DNA of 64,000 nt from Nanoarchaeota archaeon SCGC AAA011-D5 (GCA_000405225.1 ASMP01000001.1:892-64891); one strand, 5' to 3'; positions 9,368-18,686 are shown, numbered from the stretch's first letter. The notes: generated from the sequence alone by a model not told the origin. Made by a program: numbers and translations.

Positions 9368-10207
9368 GTGGCAGAATTAAAGATATTTAAATATAAAAAA
9401 CTTAATTTTTTTATGGGCAGAACCATAGGCATAGTGAGCCTTAAAGGAGGTGTTGGCAAGACAACCATTGTCTCTGCACTTGGCGGAGCTTTTGCAAGGC
9501 TTGGAAAAAAGGTCTTGCTTGTCGACGGCAACCTTTCTTCACCAAATTTAGGGCTTCATCTGAATATAATTGATCCTGAAAAAACTCTCCATGATATCCT
9601 CAATAGAAATGTGAAAGTCAGGCAGGCAATACAACCTTATCGGGGATTTGATGTGCTCCCGGCTTCTGTATTCAGTAAGGTTGAAGTTAATCCGCTAAAA
9701 CTTAAGGATCATTTAAAAAATATAAAAAGAGCCTACGATTTAATTGTTATTGATTCCTCCCCCTCCCTTAATGAAGAGACTCTCGGAGTTATTCTTGCAT
9801 CTGATGAAATTTTAGTTGTCACAACTCCGGATCATCCAACCATGAGCACAAGTCTGAAAGCTGCCAAACTTGCAAAACAGAGAGGAACTCCCATTTCCGG
9901 AATAATAGTGAACAAAGTGCACAAAAAAGATTTTGAGCTCTCTGTGAGTGACATTGAATCTACTATGGATATTCCTGTGCTCGCAGTTATACCTCATGAT
10001 TTGGATGTTTTAAGGGCACTTTCCAATATGGAGCCGTCAACAAATTACAATCCGGACTCAGAGGGAAGCGAAGAAATCATGAAACTTGCCGCATCCCTCA
10101 TAGGTGAGAAATACAGAAAAAATTCATTCAGAAACCTCTTCAATAACCTCTTTCCGACGAGGCAGGACATAAACAGGGAGATATTTTACAAGAAAGTTTT
10201 CAGGTAG
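9368..10207 (+). CDS. MinD/ParA-family P-loop ATPase
   Basis: Deviant Walker A IGIVSLKGGVGKTT, Walker B LIVIDSSP; the ORF-track start is GTG, and ATG at 9413 (MGRTIGIV) is the more likely start. Confidence 0.8.
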   Translation: MAELKIFKYKKLNFFMGRTIGIVSLKGGVGKTTIVSALGGAFARLGKKVLLVDGNLSSPNLGLHLNIIDPEKTLHDILNRNVKVRQAIQPYRGFDVLPASVFSKVEVNPLKLKDHLKNIKRAYDLIVIDSSPSLNEETLGVILASDEILVVTTPDHPTMSTSLKAAKLAKQRGTPISGIIVNKVHKKDFELSVSDIESTMDIPVLAVIPHDLDVLRALSNMEPSTNYNPDSEGSEEIMKLAASLIGEKYRKNSFRNLFNNLFPTRQDINREIFYKKVFR

Positions 10208-10209
10208 AA

Positions 10210-10527
10210 ATGAAACATAAGTTTGGGATTTATTTCTGTGTTCATTTAATTATTGTTTTATTTATGTGGAGTTCTCCTTTCTGGTTAAGTTGGAAAGTGA
10301 TTTTCTTACTCATATTTCTATATTATATCCAATTATTGTTTTATGGTGATTGTATTTTAATTATTGCGCAATATAAAAATAAAAGAAGAGAAATTACAAT
10401 TTATACCCAAATTCTAGAGAATTTTAACTTTAAAGTCAACAGAAAAAGACTGGTTTTTATTTCAGATTATGTTTTTCCTTGTGTAATTCTTGGAATTGCT
10501 TTTCTTTGGCAAGTTGTTTTTAGATAG
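10210..10527 (+). CDS. hypothetical integral membrane protein
   Basis: 105-aa ORF 2 nt after the ATPase gene; three hydrophobic helices; no motif recognised. Confidence 0.35.
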   Translation: MKHKFGIYFCVHLIIVLFMWSSPFWLSWKVIFLLIFLYYIQLLFYGDCILIIAQYKNKRREITIYTQILENFNFKVNRKRLVFISDYVFPCVILGIAFLWQVVFR

Positions 10528-11083
10528 GATGCAGATGGATTCTTTCCCCAAACTGTTTCCTTAAAATTTCATATATTGCCATATAAGGAAGATGCATTGA
10601 GATCTCAAACATTTCTTTGCTTGATCCGCCAACAGAAATATCTACTAATTCATTTCTTATTGGAGAATGATCTAAGAATATTAAATCACTGATTTCTATG
10701 CCCATACTCGAAACTAACGGAAAAGGCGTACATGTTCCCCAAGTCATTCCTTTAGGAACATGGTTTGGATCAATCCAGTATCTTTCAGCTTTTCCATTAG
10801 ACATTTTTAAAGTTCTTGGAAAAATTTCTTTTGGTTTGATATTTTTATTAAATTCAGGGGTTATGATACCAATGAAAGGAGAATTATTTCTACTAAAATA
10901 AAGTGCCTTTACTACTCTATCGAGAGTCCACTCTGAGAAATTGAGGCCTTCTTTTAATAAGTCAAGTTTTTCGGCACAGGAGATAGTTGGTCTTTTATGA
11001 TGTACTAACTTCAGTTCATATCCGAGTGCTTTTCCAATCTCAAAAACATAATTTTGTTCTTCGTGTAACATGTAAAACACCAA
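10520..11083 (-). CDS. hypothetical protein, possibly YbaK/aminoacyl-tRNA-deacylase-like
   Basis: 187-aa ORF; weak resemblance only (K-A-L-Y-F core, G..TPF, VDISVGG); ATG at 11074 is a likely start. Confidence 0.3.
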   Translation of the reverse strand: MVFYMLHEEQNYVFEIGKALGYELKLVHHKRPTISCAEKLDLLKEGLNFSEWTLDRVVKALYFSRNNSPFIGIITPEFNKNIKPKEIFPRTLKMSNGKAERYWIDPNHVPKGMTWGTCTPFPLVSSMGIEISDLIFLDHSPIRNELVDISVGGSSKEMFEISMHLPYMAIYEILRKQFGERIHLHPI

Positions 11084-11116
11084 TGGTTTCCTGACAATCA
11101 GCTTCCTTTATAAAGA

Positions 11117-11189
11117 TAGCCCCTCCAGGATTCGAACCTGGGTCCCAAGCTCCAAAAGCTTGTATACTTGACCGCTGTACTAAGGGGCT
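11117..11189 (-). tRNA. tRNA-Gln (anticodon UUG)
   Basis: Cloverleaf: acceptor AGCCCCT/AGGGGCT (A1-U72 as in archaeal tRNA-Gln), D-stem GTAC/GTAT, anticodon stem CAAGC/GCTTG with loop TTTTGGA, T-arm CCAGG-TTCGAAT-CCTGG. Confidence 0.85.
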
Positions 11190-11282
11190 CTAAACTTTCA
11201 AACAAGAAACAGGGAATTAATTTATAAGGGTTTCTGATTCCTTGGATATCATCACCAAAATTTATTTAAACTAATTTCCTGG

Positions 11283-11864
11283 GTGACTTTTATGTCTGAT
11301 AGCAGATTGTTAGTATATGTTGGCGGAGTCCCAGGCACTGGAAAAACTACCATAGGATTAGAGGTTGCATCAAGAGGGAGTCCTGGATTTAATTATATCA
11401 GCAGCGGCGAGATAAAAGGCCCTGAATCTCTTAGGAGATTTGGAAAGAAGCTATCTTCTTTAGATCAAGAAAAAAGCTTTGAAATAAATAGGTGGTTTTT
11501 TGAGGAAATTCTCAGAAATGCCCCATCAGGAATTTATCTAGTAGATACACATTACACTTATCCGATTCAAAATCACAGCAGTTTTGTAAGGCTTTTTCCA
11601 GAAGAATATGCATCTCTTATTGATCTTTTTGTTTTGTTTGAAACAAATCCAACAAGTATTTTTAGGAGAAGAATTAGAAGGGGTAGAGATAGGGATTCTA
11701 TCAGTCTTCTTCAGATTCAGGAAGAGATCACTGAAGAAAGGGATGAAGCTATTCGGTTAACTAGAAAATATTCCAAGCCACTTATCTTGTTTGATAATGG
11801 ACAAGAGTTTGGGGATTCTGTTAGCCTTTTTGAATCAGCATTAAAGTCTTATCTAATATACTAA
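11283..11864 (+). CDS. P-loop nucleoside/nucleotide kinase-like protein
   Basis: Walker A GGVPGTGKTT near the N-terminus, ~190 aa, size and layout of adenylate-kinase-like P-loop kinases; ATG at 11292 is likely. Confidence 0.55.
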   Translation: MTFMSDSRLLVYVGGVPGTGKTTIGLEVASRGSPGFNYISSGEIKGPESLRRFGKKLSSLDQEKSFEINRWFFEEILRNAPSGIYLVDTHYTYPIQNHSSFVRLFPEEYASLIDLFVLFETNPTSIFRRRIRRGRDRDSISLLQIQEEITEERDEAIRLTRKYSKPLILFDNGQEFGDSVSLFESALKSYLIY

Positions 11865-12532
11865 TAATTCTCCCTGTATCTTCCTCTTTTTTCGACCTTT
11901 TTGAACTGCTCCAAAACAGATTTGTGGTTTTTTGATTCCTCATAACCTCTAACAACTTCCTTGAATAAAGACTCCCAGTTTCTGAAATGCTTGGCTTCAA
12001 GAGCCTGCCTTAAAAGATGAAGGTCAACAGCCTTGTCCTCTATTTTGTGGCTTGAAAAGCCAAGGCCAAAGTCTATGAAAAAAACCCTATTATCTATTAG
12101 AATCATATTTGAAGTTGTGAGATCTCCATGAATTATGTCAGAGTCATGAATCCTTGCTATGTTTTTTCCTATAACTCCGCAAATTTCTTTTTGCTCATTT
12201 AATGGAAAAGAATCCAGATGTTCTGAAAGCTTCTTTCCCTTTAAGAGTTCCATGTAGATTTCCTTACGTTCCTCATTCATATTTTTCATTTCAGGTACGT
12301 CAATAACTTTTGATGCCTTTAAAAGAAGCTTTGCCTCTGAACGCGTTCTTAGTTTTCTTATTTCCATGTCTATGTCATCAAGCCTGTAGGATTTTTTTAT
12401 TCTTCTTTTTATCACTTTGTTTTCATCTAGGATGATCATTGCCTCTGCTCCATGCTGAAGAATTTTCTCTTCCACTTTAATGTCTCCAAAGATAAAAAAG
12501 AAAGATGAGCGAAATAAGCAAACCAAGGTCAA
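11861..12532 (-). CDS. bud32: KEOPS kinase Bud32 (Kae1-associated kinase)
   Basis: GAEA glycine-loop equivalent, RTRSEAKLL, catalytic HGDLTTSNMIL, DFGL. GTG at 12475 (VEEKILQHGAEA) would remove the 56-nt overlap with the upstream gene and is the more plausible start. Confidence 0.8.
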   Translation of the reverse strand: MTLVCLFRSSFFFIFGDIKVEEKILQHGAEAMIILDENKVIKRRIKKSYRLDDIDMEIRKLRTRSEAKLLLKASKVIDVPEMKNMNEERKEIYMELLKGKKLSEHLDSFPLNEQKEICGVIGKNIARIHDSDIIHGDLTTSNMILIDNRVFFIDFGLGFSSHKIEDKAVDLHLLRQALEAKHFRNWESLFKEVVRGYEESKNHKSVLEQFKKVEKRGRYRENY

Positions 12533-12869
12533 TTACTAGGCAGAAATTACAGAAAACCCTTATCACAAAAAACTGGAGATACAGGAAATATAGAGATATT
12601 ATGGAACCCAAAATAACAGCTGTATGGATTATCCTCCTTGTATGATTGCTGGGCTTTTTCATATGAAATAAGGTAATTGCAATCATAAATGAGAATATGA
12701 ATATCCCATAGACTGAATTTTTTATTCCAAGAGTTGAACCATATGCAGAACTATTTACAATGTCGCAGCTCTTTCCAGGATCGCAGATTCCTGTAAGCGA
12801 GTTTGAAAACAAGATTAAAGAACTAATCAGGCTTATGACAAAAACTAAAAGGAGGATTTTGTATTTCAT
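12477..12869 (-). CDS. vitamin K epoxide reductase (VKOR) family membrane protein
   Basis: Four TM helices, loop cysteines CDPGKSCD followed by VNSSAYGSTLGI..SVYG, and CNFC (CxxC) in the last helix: the VKOR signature. Confidence 0.65.
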   Translation of the reverse strand: MKYKILLLVFVISLISSLILFSNSLTGICDPGKSCDIVNSSAYGSTLGIKNSVYGIFIFSFMIAITLFHMKKPSNHTRRIIHTAVILGSIISLYFLYLQFFVIRVFCNFCLVIDLGLLISLIFLFYLWRH

Positions 12870-12870
12870 T

Positions 12871-14262
12871 CTAAAACCTCATCCCCTTTGCTTTCCCGAA
12901 TTTTTTTGCCAGTTTCTGCAACTGTTTCTGGTCGAGTCCATGCGACATGTTTTCAATGCCTCCTAAACCGCCTTTTCCAGATTTTATCATCTCATTAAGA
13001 AGTTTATACTGCTTTAAAAGTGCACGGACATCGCTTCCATGAATCCCTGCACCCTGAGCAATCCTCGCTATCCTTGAAGTCTGTTTCTCAAGAAGCTCTG
13101 GATTTTTTCTCTCCTCCTGTGTCATTGACTTCATAATATGCTCCCATTTTGAAATTTTTGCCTCCTGGCTTTCAAGAAGATTTTCCGGAATTTTTGCGGA
13201 ACCAAGGCCGGGAATCATGGATTTTATTTTTTCAAAACCACCTAGGGAGCTCATTGATTTTACCTGTTCAATAACGTCCTCCAGGGAAAGATTTCCCTCT
13301 GAAATCTGGGCTTCAATCTCTTTCTGTTTTCCTTCATCTGTGACTGACCTTATCTTTTCCATCAGAGTTTCAAGATCACCCATTCCAAGAAGTCTTGACA
13401 AAAATGTTTTTGGATTGAACTCTTCTATATCATTGATTTTTTCCCCCGTTGTTATGAAGTATACGGGAGCTCTTGTTTCTGCACATGCCGTTAATGCACC
13501 ACCGCCTTTTGCAGTGGAGTCCATCCTTGTTATTACGACTCCTGAAATCTTCACTGCCTCAAGAAATTCCCGAGTCTGTTTTTTTGCTGCCTGCCCTATG
13601 TCTGCCGGCATTATAAGAATTATTTCTGTTGGATTTATTGCTTTGTTGAGTACTTTTATTTCTTCAATCAATTCCTTGTCTAACGCGTGCCTTCCAGCAG
13701 TATCAATAAAGACCAGGTTAAATTCATCCAATTCTTTTTCGTATTTTTTCCAGAGTTTCACTGGATTTTTTTCCTGGAAATCAACAAAGGACTGCAGTTT
13801 GTTTTTGTCTGCAATTTGCTTTAGCTGTTCAGGAGCTGCAGGCCTGTGGACATCGAGTCCAACCAAAGCCACTTTGTTTCCGCGTTTTGCATAATAGTTT
13901 CCCAGCTTTGCCACAGTGGTTGTTTTTCCGGCGCCATACAGTCCGAGGAACATTATTCTGTTTTGTTCGTTTTTTCCTTTTCTAAGGCTTAATGGCCTGT
14001 ATTCTCCGAGAATCGCAGTCAACTGGTCATGAAGGAGCTTTATTACATGTTCTTTCTTTTCAATTCCTTTGATTCTTTCATCAACAGCTGCTTTCCTTAT
14101 TTTATCGCTAAGTTCTTTAACAAGGATAATATTCACATCTGCCTCTATCAGCGCCCTCTCCAAGTCTTTTACAACAGAATCCACGAGGCCCTTGTCAAGA
14201 AATATGGCATTTGCTATCTTGTCTGTGGCTTTTCTCAGGATTTCTCCAAGTTTTTCTAACAT
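12871..14262 (-). CDS. srp54: signal recognition particle protein SRP54
   Basis: N/G domain GLYGAGKTTT, DTAGR, TRMD; Met-rich M domain (GMGDLETLMEKI...MIPGLG). Confidence 0.95.
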   Translation of the reverse strand: MLEKLGEILRKATDKIANAIFLDKGLVDSVVKDLERALIEADVNIILVKELSDKIRKAAVDERIKGIEKKEHVIKLLHDQLTAILGEYRPLSLRKGKNEQNRIMFLGLYGAGKTTTVAKLGNYYAKRGNKVALVGLDVHRPAAPEQLKQIADKNKLQSFVDFQEKNPVKLWKKYEKELDEFNLVFIDTAGRHALDKELIEEIKVLNKAINPTEIILIMPADIGQAAKKQTREFLEAVKISGVVITRMDSTAKGGGALTACAETRAPVYFITTGEKINDIEEFNPKTFLSRLLGMGDLETLMEKIRSVTDEGKQKEIEAQISEGNLSLEDVIEQVKSMSSLGGFEKIKSMIPGLGSAKIPENLLESQEAKISKWEHIMKSMTQEERKNPELLEKQTSRIARIAQGAGIHGSDVRALLKQYKLLNEMIKSGKGGLGGIENMSHGLDQKQLQKLAKKFGKAKGMRF

Positions 14263-14308
14263 TTCAGAAGAAGGAAATTTAGAGTTAATAAAGTTGTTGT
14301 TACAATTC

Positions 14309-15316
14309 CTATAAACCCAAATCCTTCACAAATTTTTCTTTGTTGAAGACCTCCATCTTATCATACTCTTGGCCTGTTCCAAGAAAAAGAATCGGTTTTT
14401 TTGTCACATCCCCCAAGGAGATCGCTGTTCCCCCTTTTTCATCGATGTCCGCCTTTGTAAGAATTATGCCGTCTATGCCTATGGCCCAGTCAAAACTCTT
14501 TGCCTGTTCTACAGAGTCGTTTCCGGTTATGCTCTCTCCTATGAAAAGCTTCAAATCGGGCTTGCAAACCTTGGAGATTTTTTCTATTTCCTTCATCAGG
14601 TTTTTTGCAGTATGCATCCTTCCGGCAGTGTCGATTAAAACACAATCTATATGATTTTTTTTTGCATAGCTCACGGCATCAAATCCCACAGCAGCAGGAT
14701 CTGCCCCGTATTGCTGGCTTATGACTTTCACACCAAGGCGTTCTCCATGCTTTTTCAGCTGTTCTATGGAGGCAGCACGGAAGGTGTCTGCGGCAGCAAT
14801 AACGCTGGAAATGTCTTTCTTTGAGAGAAAATATGAAATCTTCGCGATTGTTGTCGTTTTTCCTGTTCCGTTTATTCCTACAAAAAGAATGATATAAGGC
14901 TCTTTTTGATCCTTGGCTTTTTCTTTTATTTTCCCGATTATGTCGTAAGGCTCTATCAGAATTCCCCTGATAATTTCCTTCAAAACCTCTTTTATTTCAT
15001 CTTCAATCTCCTTTTTTAATAGCTCTTTTCCTACAATCCTTTTTTTTAGTTCGGCGATTATTTTTCCCGCAACTTCGTAGGCAACATTATTTTCCAGAAG
15101 AAGAGTTCTCAAATCCTCCTCGTAGACCTCAAAGTCTTTCTCAGATATTCTTATCTTTGACAATCTGGCAGATATTCCCTCAAAAAAACCCTTTTCCTCT
15201 CTTTCTGGTTTTGCAATTATCTTTTTTGTACTCTCTCCTTCCCTTTCAGCATTTTTTTCTGCCCCGGAGAGTTTTTTTGCCCAGTTTGACAATTTTTCCC
15301 TAAAAAACTTGAACAT
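14309..15316 (-). CDS. ftsY: SRP receptor FtsY
   Basis: GINGTGKTTTIAK, DTAGRMH, LTKAD, GTGQ motifs; adjacent to srp54. Confidence 0.9.
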   Translation of the reverse strand: MFKFFREKLSNWAKKLSGAEKNAEREGESTKKIIAKPEREEKGFFEGISARLSKIRISEKDFEVYEEDLRTLLLENNVAYEVAGKIIAELKKRIVGKELLKKEIEDEIKEVLKEIIRGILIEPYDIIGKIKEKAKDQKEPYIILFVGINGTGKTTTIAKISYFLSKKDISSVIAAADTFRAASIEQLKKHGERLGVKVISQQYGADPAAVGFDAVSYAKKNHIDCVLIDTAGRMHTAKNLMKEIEKISKVCKPDLKLFIGESITGNDSVEQAKSFDWAIGIDGIILTKADIDEKGGTAISLGDVTKKPILFLGTGQEYDKMEVFNKEKFVKDLGL

Positions 15317-15544
15317 GTTTTTCTTAGTTCTAGGATATTTATAATATTAACTGCGAGAAGAATCAGGGTTTTTCCTTCTACCTCCCCATAAAAACCTTAA
15401 ACATAAATTTTTATAAATAAAGACATCCTTTTTATTTTATCAAATTAAACAATAAATGTCCGTCCATTAAAATCAGAAATATGGGAAAATTAAAATGAGA
15501 CAAAAATCAAAGATTTTAGCTCATTCGTCTTCAGGAGAAGCCAA

Positions 15545-16855
15545 ATGAAAGGAATACTTGTTATCCTGGATGGTTTGGGGGATCTTCCCTCCAAACAGCT
15601 TGGAGATAAAACTCCGCTTGAAGCTGCAGAGATGCCGAATCTGGATTTCCTGGCAAACCGAGGGGAGATGGGGTATATGTATCCTGTAAGGCCGGGATTT
15701 GTTCCTGAATCAGACGAGGCGGTTGTTTCTATCTTCGGAAATGAACTGACAAGCAGTTCGAGAGGGCAACTGGAGGCTAGGGGCGCTGGATTAAAAATGA
15801 TGCGCGGCGATTTGGCACTGAGAGTTAATTTTTCAACGATAGACTCTTTAAAGTCAGGAAATATTATTGACAGAAGAGCAGGAAGAACTCTTACAACGGA
15901 AGAAGCGGAAATTCTTTCAAAAGCCCTGAACAAGATTAAACTTCCGTGTGAATTTGAGTTCAAATCCACGATACAGCACCGTGCCGTCTTAGTCTTAAGG
16001 GGGGGATTTTCAGACAACATTACCGGCAACGATTATGTATATTCGAAAGGAGAAATGCCAACTGCAGAAAAAATAGGAACATTCAGTCCGCTGGATGAAG
16101 ATGAAAATTCAGTATATGCGGCAAATATCTTGAAAGAGTTTGTTGATAAAGCATATGAGGTTCTGGATACTCATCCTGTTAACGAACAAAGAAGAAAAAA
16201 AGGATTAATGCCTGCAAACTATCTTTTGATGAGGGGAGCAGGAATTGAAATTCCAAAACTCAAATTTTACAAGAGATGGATGGCTGTGACTTACATGCCT
16301 TTAGAAAAAGGCTTTGCAAAAATCTCCGGAATGACAAACTTTTCCTTTGATTATCCAAAACTTAAAAACCTGGATGTTTACTCAAGTTTGTGGGAAGGCC
16401 TGAAAGAGGCATGCAGATCTTCAGAAAAATACCTGCAGAAGAACCATAAGGATTTTGATTACGCTTACATACACATAAAAGAGACAGATCTTCCAGGGCA
16501 TGACAATAAACCATCTGAAAAAAAGCGTATGCTTGAGTATATAGACAAAACTTTTTTTAAGTTCCTGGCAGCATTTACACCACCAAATAAAATCAAGGTC
16601 TTGGTTACAGGAGACCACTCAACTCCGTGCAGGATGAAAGCACACAGTGCTGACCCTGTTCCTGTCCTTTTTTACAACCAGTCTGTCCCAAGGTTTAGTT
16701 TTCTAAAGAGAATCAAAATCCCGAGTTTCTTTAAAAAGGAAGAGCAAAATCCTGAAAAAAAAGGAGTCAAATTCTGTGAAGGAGAGGCAAGAAATGGAAC
16801 GCTTGGAATTATTTTTGGGAAAGATTTGCTGGAGAAAGTCGGGTTTAATAGGTGA
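15545..16855 (+). CDS. apgM: 2,3-bisphosphoglycerate-independent phosphoglycerate mutase, archaeal type (ApgM)
   Basis: MKGILVILDGLGD start, HIKETDLPGHD, VTGDHSTP metal-binding motifs of the archaeal iPGM family. Confidence 0.9.
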   Translation: MKGILVILDGLGDLPSKQLGDKTPLEAAEMPNLDFLANRGEMGYMYPVRPGFVPESDEAVVSIFGNELTSSSRGQLEARGAGLKMMRGDLALRVNFSTIDSLKSGNIIDRRAGRTLTTEEAEILSKALNKIKLPCEFEFKSTIQHRAVLVLRGGFSDNITGNDYVYSKGEMPTAEKIGTFSPLDEDENSVYAANILKEFVDKAYEVLDTHPVNEQRRKKGLMPANYLLMRGAGIEIPKLKFYKRWMAVTYMPLEKGFAKISGMTNFSFDYPKLKNLDVYSSLWEGLKEACRSSEKYLQKNHKDFDYAYIHIKETDLPGHDNKPSEKKRMLEYIDKTFFKFLAAFTPPNKIKVLVTGDHSTPCRMKAHSADPVPVLFYNQSVPRFSFLKRIKIPSFFKKEEQNPEKKGVKFCEGEARNGTLGIIFGKDLLEKVGFNR

Positions 16856-16946
16856 TTCTTTTTTGTCGCTAAAAACTGTATTATACTACAGCAATTGTTA
16901 AAAATGAGTAACATCTCCTAATATAAATAAAAACCTATATCAAAGC

Positions 16947-17501
16947 ATGATAACTTATACCGATATCTATGAGGCGGCAAGAAAAGAGAGGTACTCTGAA
17001 CAGTTGCAGTCCTTAGGAAAAAATTTTGTTGAAGAAGTTGCAGAATATCTAAAAGATAAAAAAGAAGTGGCCTCGAAAGAAGATTACGTTTTTTCAGATG
17101 CCATAGCAAAAACTAAAAAACAGCTGGAAAATGCCGTAACGCTTTTTAACGAGTTAATGCTCAGAAGGAGAAAAAAAATCCTTTCCCTTGTTCTGATAGC
17201 TGCAGAAACAGGGATTTCAAAGCAAGATTTTGAAAACATGCTGAGTTTTGAACGCGAAATGTTCGAGGAAATGATGAAATGCATTGACTATACGGACAAA
17301 AAAGTTAAGGAGATTCTTAACGGCAAAAAACAGACGGATGACAAAAATGAACTCATAATATTCAGAACAGGTGTGGAGGAGTTCATGGATTCGGAGGGAG
17401 AAAAGCTTGGACCATTTGAAAAAGGCCAGATGGCAAATATTTCAAAAGACATAGCAAAGATACTTATTGATGACGGCAAGGCGGATATCGTGGAGAAATG
17501 A
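16947..17501 (+). CDS. GINS-like replication protein (Gins51/Gins15 type), tentative
   Basis: N-terminus IYEAARKERYSEQLQSLGKNFVEEVAEYL and C-terminus GEKLGPFEKGQMANISKDIAKILIDDGKADIV resemble the A and B domains of archaeal GINS51; assignment from memory of motif patterns only. Confidence 0.4.
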   Translation: MITYTDIYEAARKERYSEQLQSLGKNFVEEVAEYLKDKKEVASKEDYVFSDAIAKTKKQLENAVTLFNELMLRRRKKILSLVLIAAETGISKQDFENMLSFEREMFEEMMKCIDYTDKKVKEILNGKKQTDDKNELIIFRTGVEEFMDSEGEKLGPFEKGQMANISKDIAKILIDDGKADIVEK

Positions 17502-17523
17502 TCTGCAAAAAAAGAAAAAGTTA

Positions 17524-17685
17524 TTTCTTCAGGGCCTTGTCAATCTCGGGCCTGTTAAAACCTACGATTATCTTTTCGTTTATCTCTATCTCTGGCACGT
17601 CCATCTGCCCGCTCTTCTCTATCATCTCTTCGGCGTCCTTCGCGTTCTTCTCCACGTTTATCTCCTCGTACTTCACATTGTTTTT
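17524..17685 (-). pseudogene. remnant of a glutaredoxin/NrdH-like gene (C-terminal 54 codons only)
   Basis: Between TAG (17686-17688) and TAA (17521-17523): KNNVKYEEINVEKNAKDAEEMIEKSGQMDVPEIEINEKIIVGFNRPEIDKALKK, which matches the C-terminal two-thirds of small glutaredoxins. The CxxC-bearing N-terminus is missing, and two in-frame stops lie immediately upstream. Confidence 0.6.
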
Positions 17686-17751
17686 CTATTGACATTCCTA
17701 GATACTGCGACGCTTCTTTTGGTATATCAATTGCAGGATCTACTAAAGAAT

Positions 17752-18654
17752 CTACAGGGTATATAATTTATTAAGAAGTCCTGATCTTGAGGGGTGTCTC
17801 AATTTTCTTAGGGCTTTTGCTTCTATCTGTTTAATTCGTTCTCTTGTACATTCGAAGCTAGTACCAACTTCTGCTAGTGTATGCTGACTGCCGTCGTCAA
17901 GACCAAACCTCATTCTAACAACTTTTTCCTCTCTTGGTGCAAGAGTCTCTAAAACTTTTTTAATTTGATCTGAAAATTCTGCGTTGAATCTTTCTTTGCG
18001 CTGCGTTAAATATTCTCGAACTCCATTATCCTCCAATAGTAAGAAACCGTCTGCTAACCTTTTGTAGACGTCTAGTTCAACTCTACGAAAGGCTCTATTA
18101 AATGCTTTTTCCGCAGTTCCTACTGCTCGCCTTGTTCCCATTCTATCGTAAGTTTCTCTCAGACTTTTATACAGCATGGGCAATATAATATCTTCAGTTT
18201 CTGGTAATCTCGTTTTCTCCCCAAATACTGCTCTGAGAAGCCTTTCTGCAGGTGATAGTTCATCTGGTTGACTGTAACTGAATATGCGACCAAGTCCCGT
18301 GTCAGTATAAATGAGCTTGTTTATCCTAGGTTTGAAAATATCTTCATCTACAGCTTCGTAGACTGTTTTTTCCCCTTCTTTGTCAATCAAATTAACATTT
18401 GGAAGACCTTCTGCTTGTCCTAGAGTTGCTAAATATAAATGTATGGCATTTCTATACCTATTACTCAATTTTAATGCTTCTCTGTAAAATTCTACAAGAG
18501 GATCTTTCCATTCTGGAGAACGCTTCCTAACAATTAGTAGTGCCGTCGGCTCTTTAACACCCCACTTCTTCTGAATGTATTTAGAACTAACATGACTCAA
18601 GTAGCTTAGTGCAACATCTCTCTCTTGTACTTCTGTCAGTCTGCGTTTCGACAT
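17752..18654 (-). CDS. protein with C-terminal bacterial sigma-70 region 4 (RpoD-like) domain and unrecognised N-terminal ~230 aa
   Basis: C-terminus [54 protein letters not shown] is nearly collinear with RpoD regions 4.1-4.2. Start chosen at ATG 18654 (MSKRR), preceded by GGAGTGAT 4 nt upstream; the ORF track extends to 18687. Confidence 0.8.
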   Translation of the reverse strand: MSKRRLTEVQERDVALSYLSHVSSKYIQKKWGVKEPTALLIVRKRSPEWKDPLVEFYREALKLSNRYRNAIHLYLATLGQAEGLPNVNLIDKEGEKTVYEAVDEDIFKPRINKLIYTDTGLGRIFSYSQPDELSPAERLLRAVFGEKTRLPETEDIILPMLYKSLRETYDRMGTRRAVGTAEKAFNRAFRRVELDVYKRLADGFLLLEDNGVREYLTQRKERFNAEFSDQIKKVLETLAPREEKVVRMRFGLDDGSQHTLAEVGTSFECTRERIKQIEAKALRKLRHPSRSGLLNKLYTL

Positions 18655-18686
18655 TATTATCACTCCATATTCAAAGAAAAGAAGCA

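Noticed and set aside
13217-13894. 225-aa plus-strand ORF inside the srp54 locus
   Set aside because: It is antisense to SRP54, whose G- and M-domain motifs are unambiguous. The translation is Ser/Phe/Ile-rich filler.
15490-16029. 179-aa minus-strand ORF overlapping the 5-prime part of apgM
   Set aside because: It is antisense to a gene with strong iPGM motifs, and its product is Ser/Pro/Leu-rich with no features.
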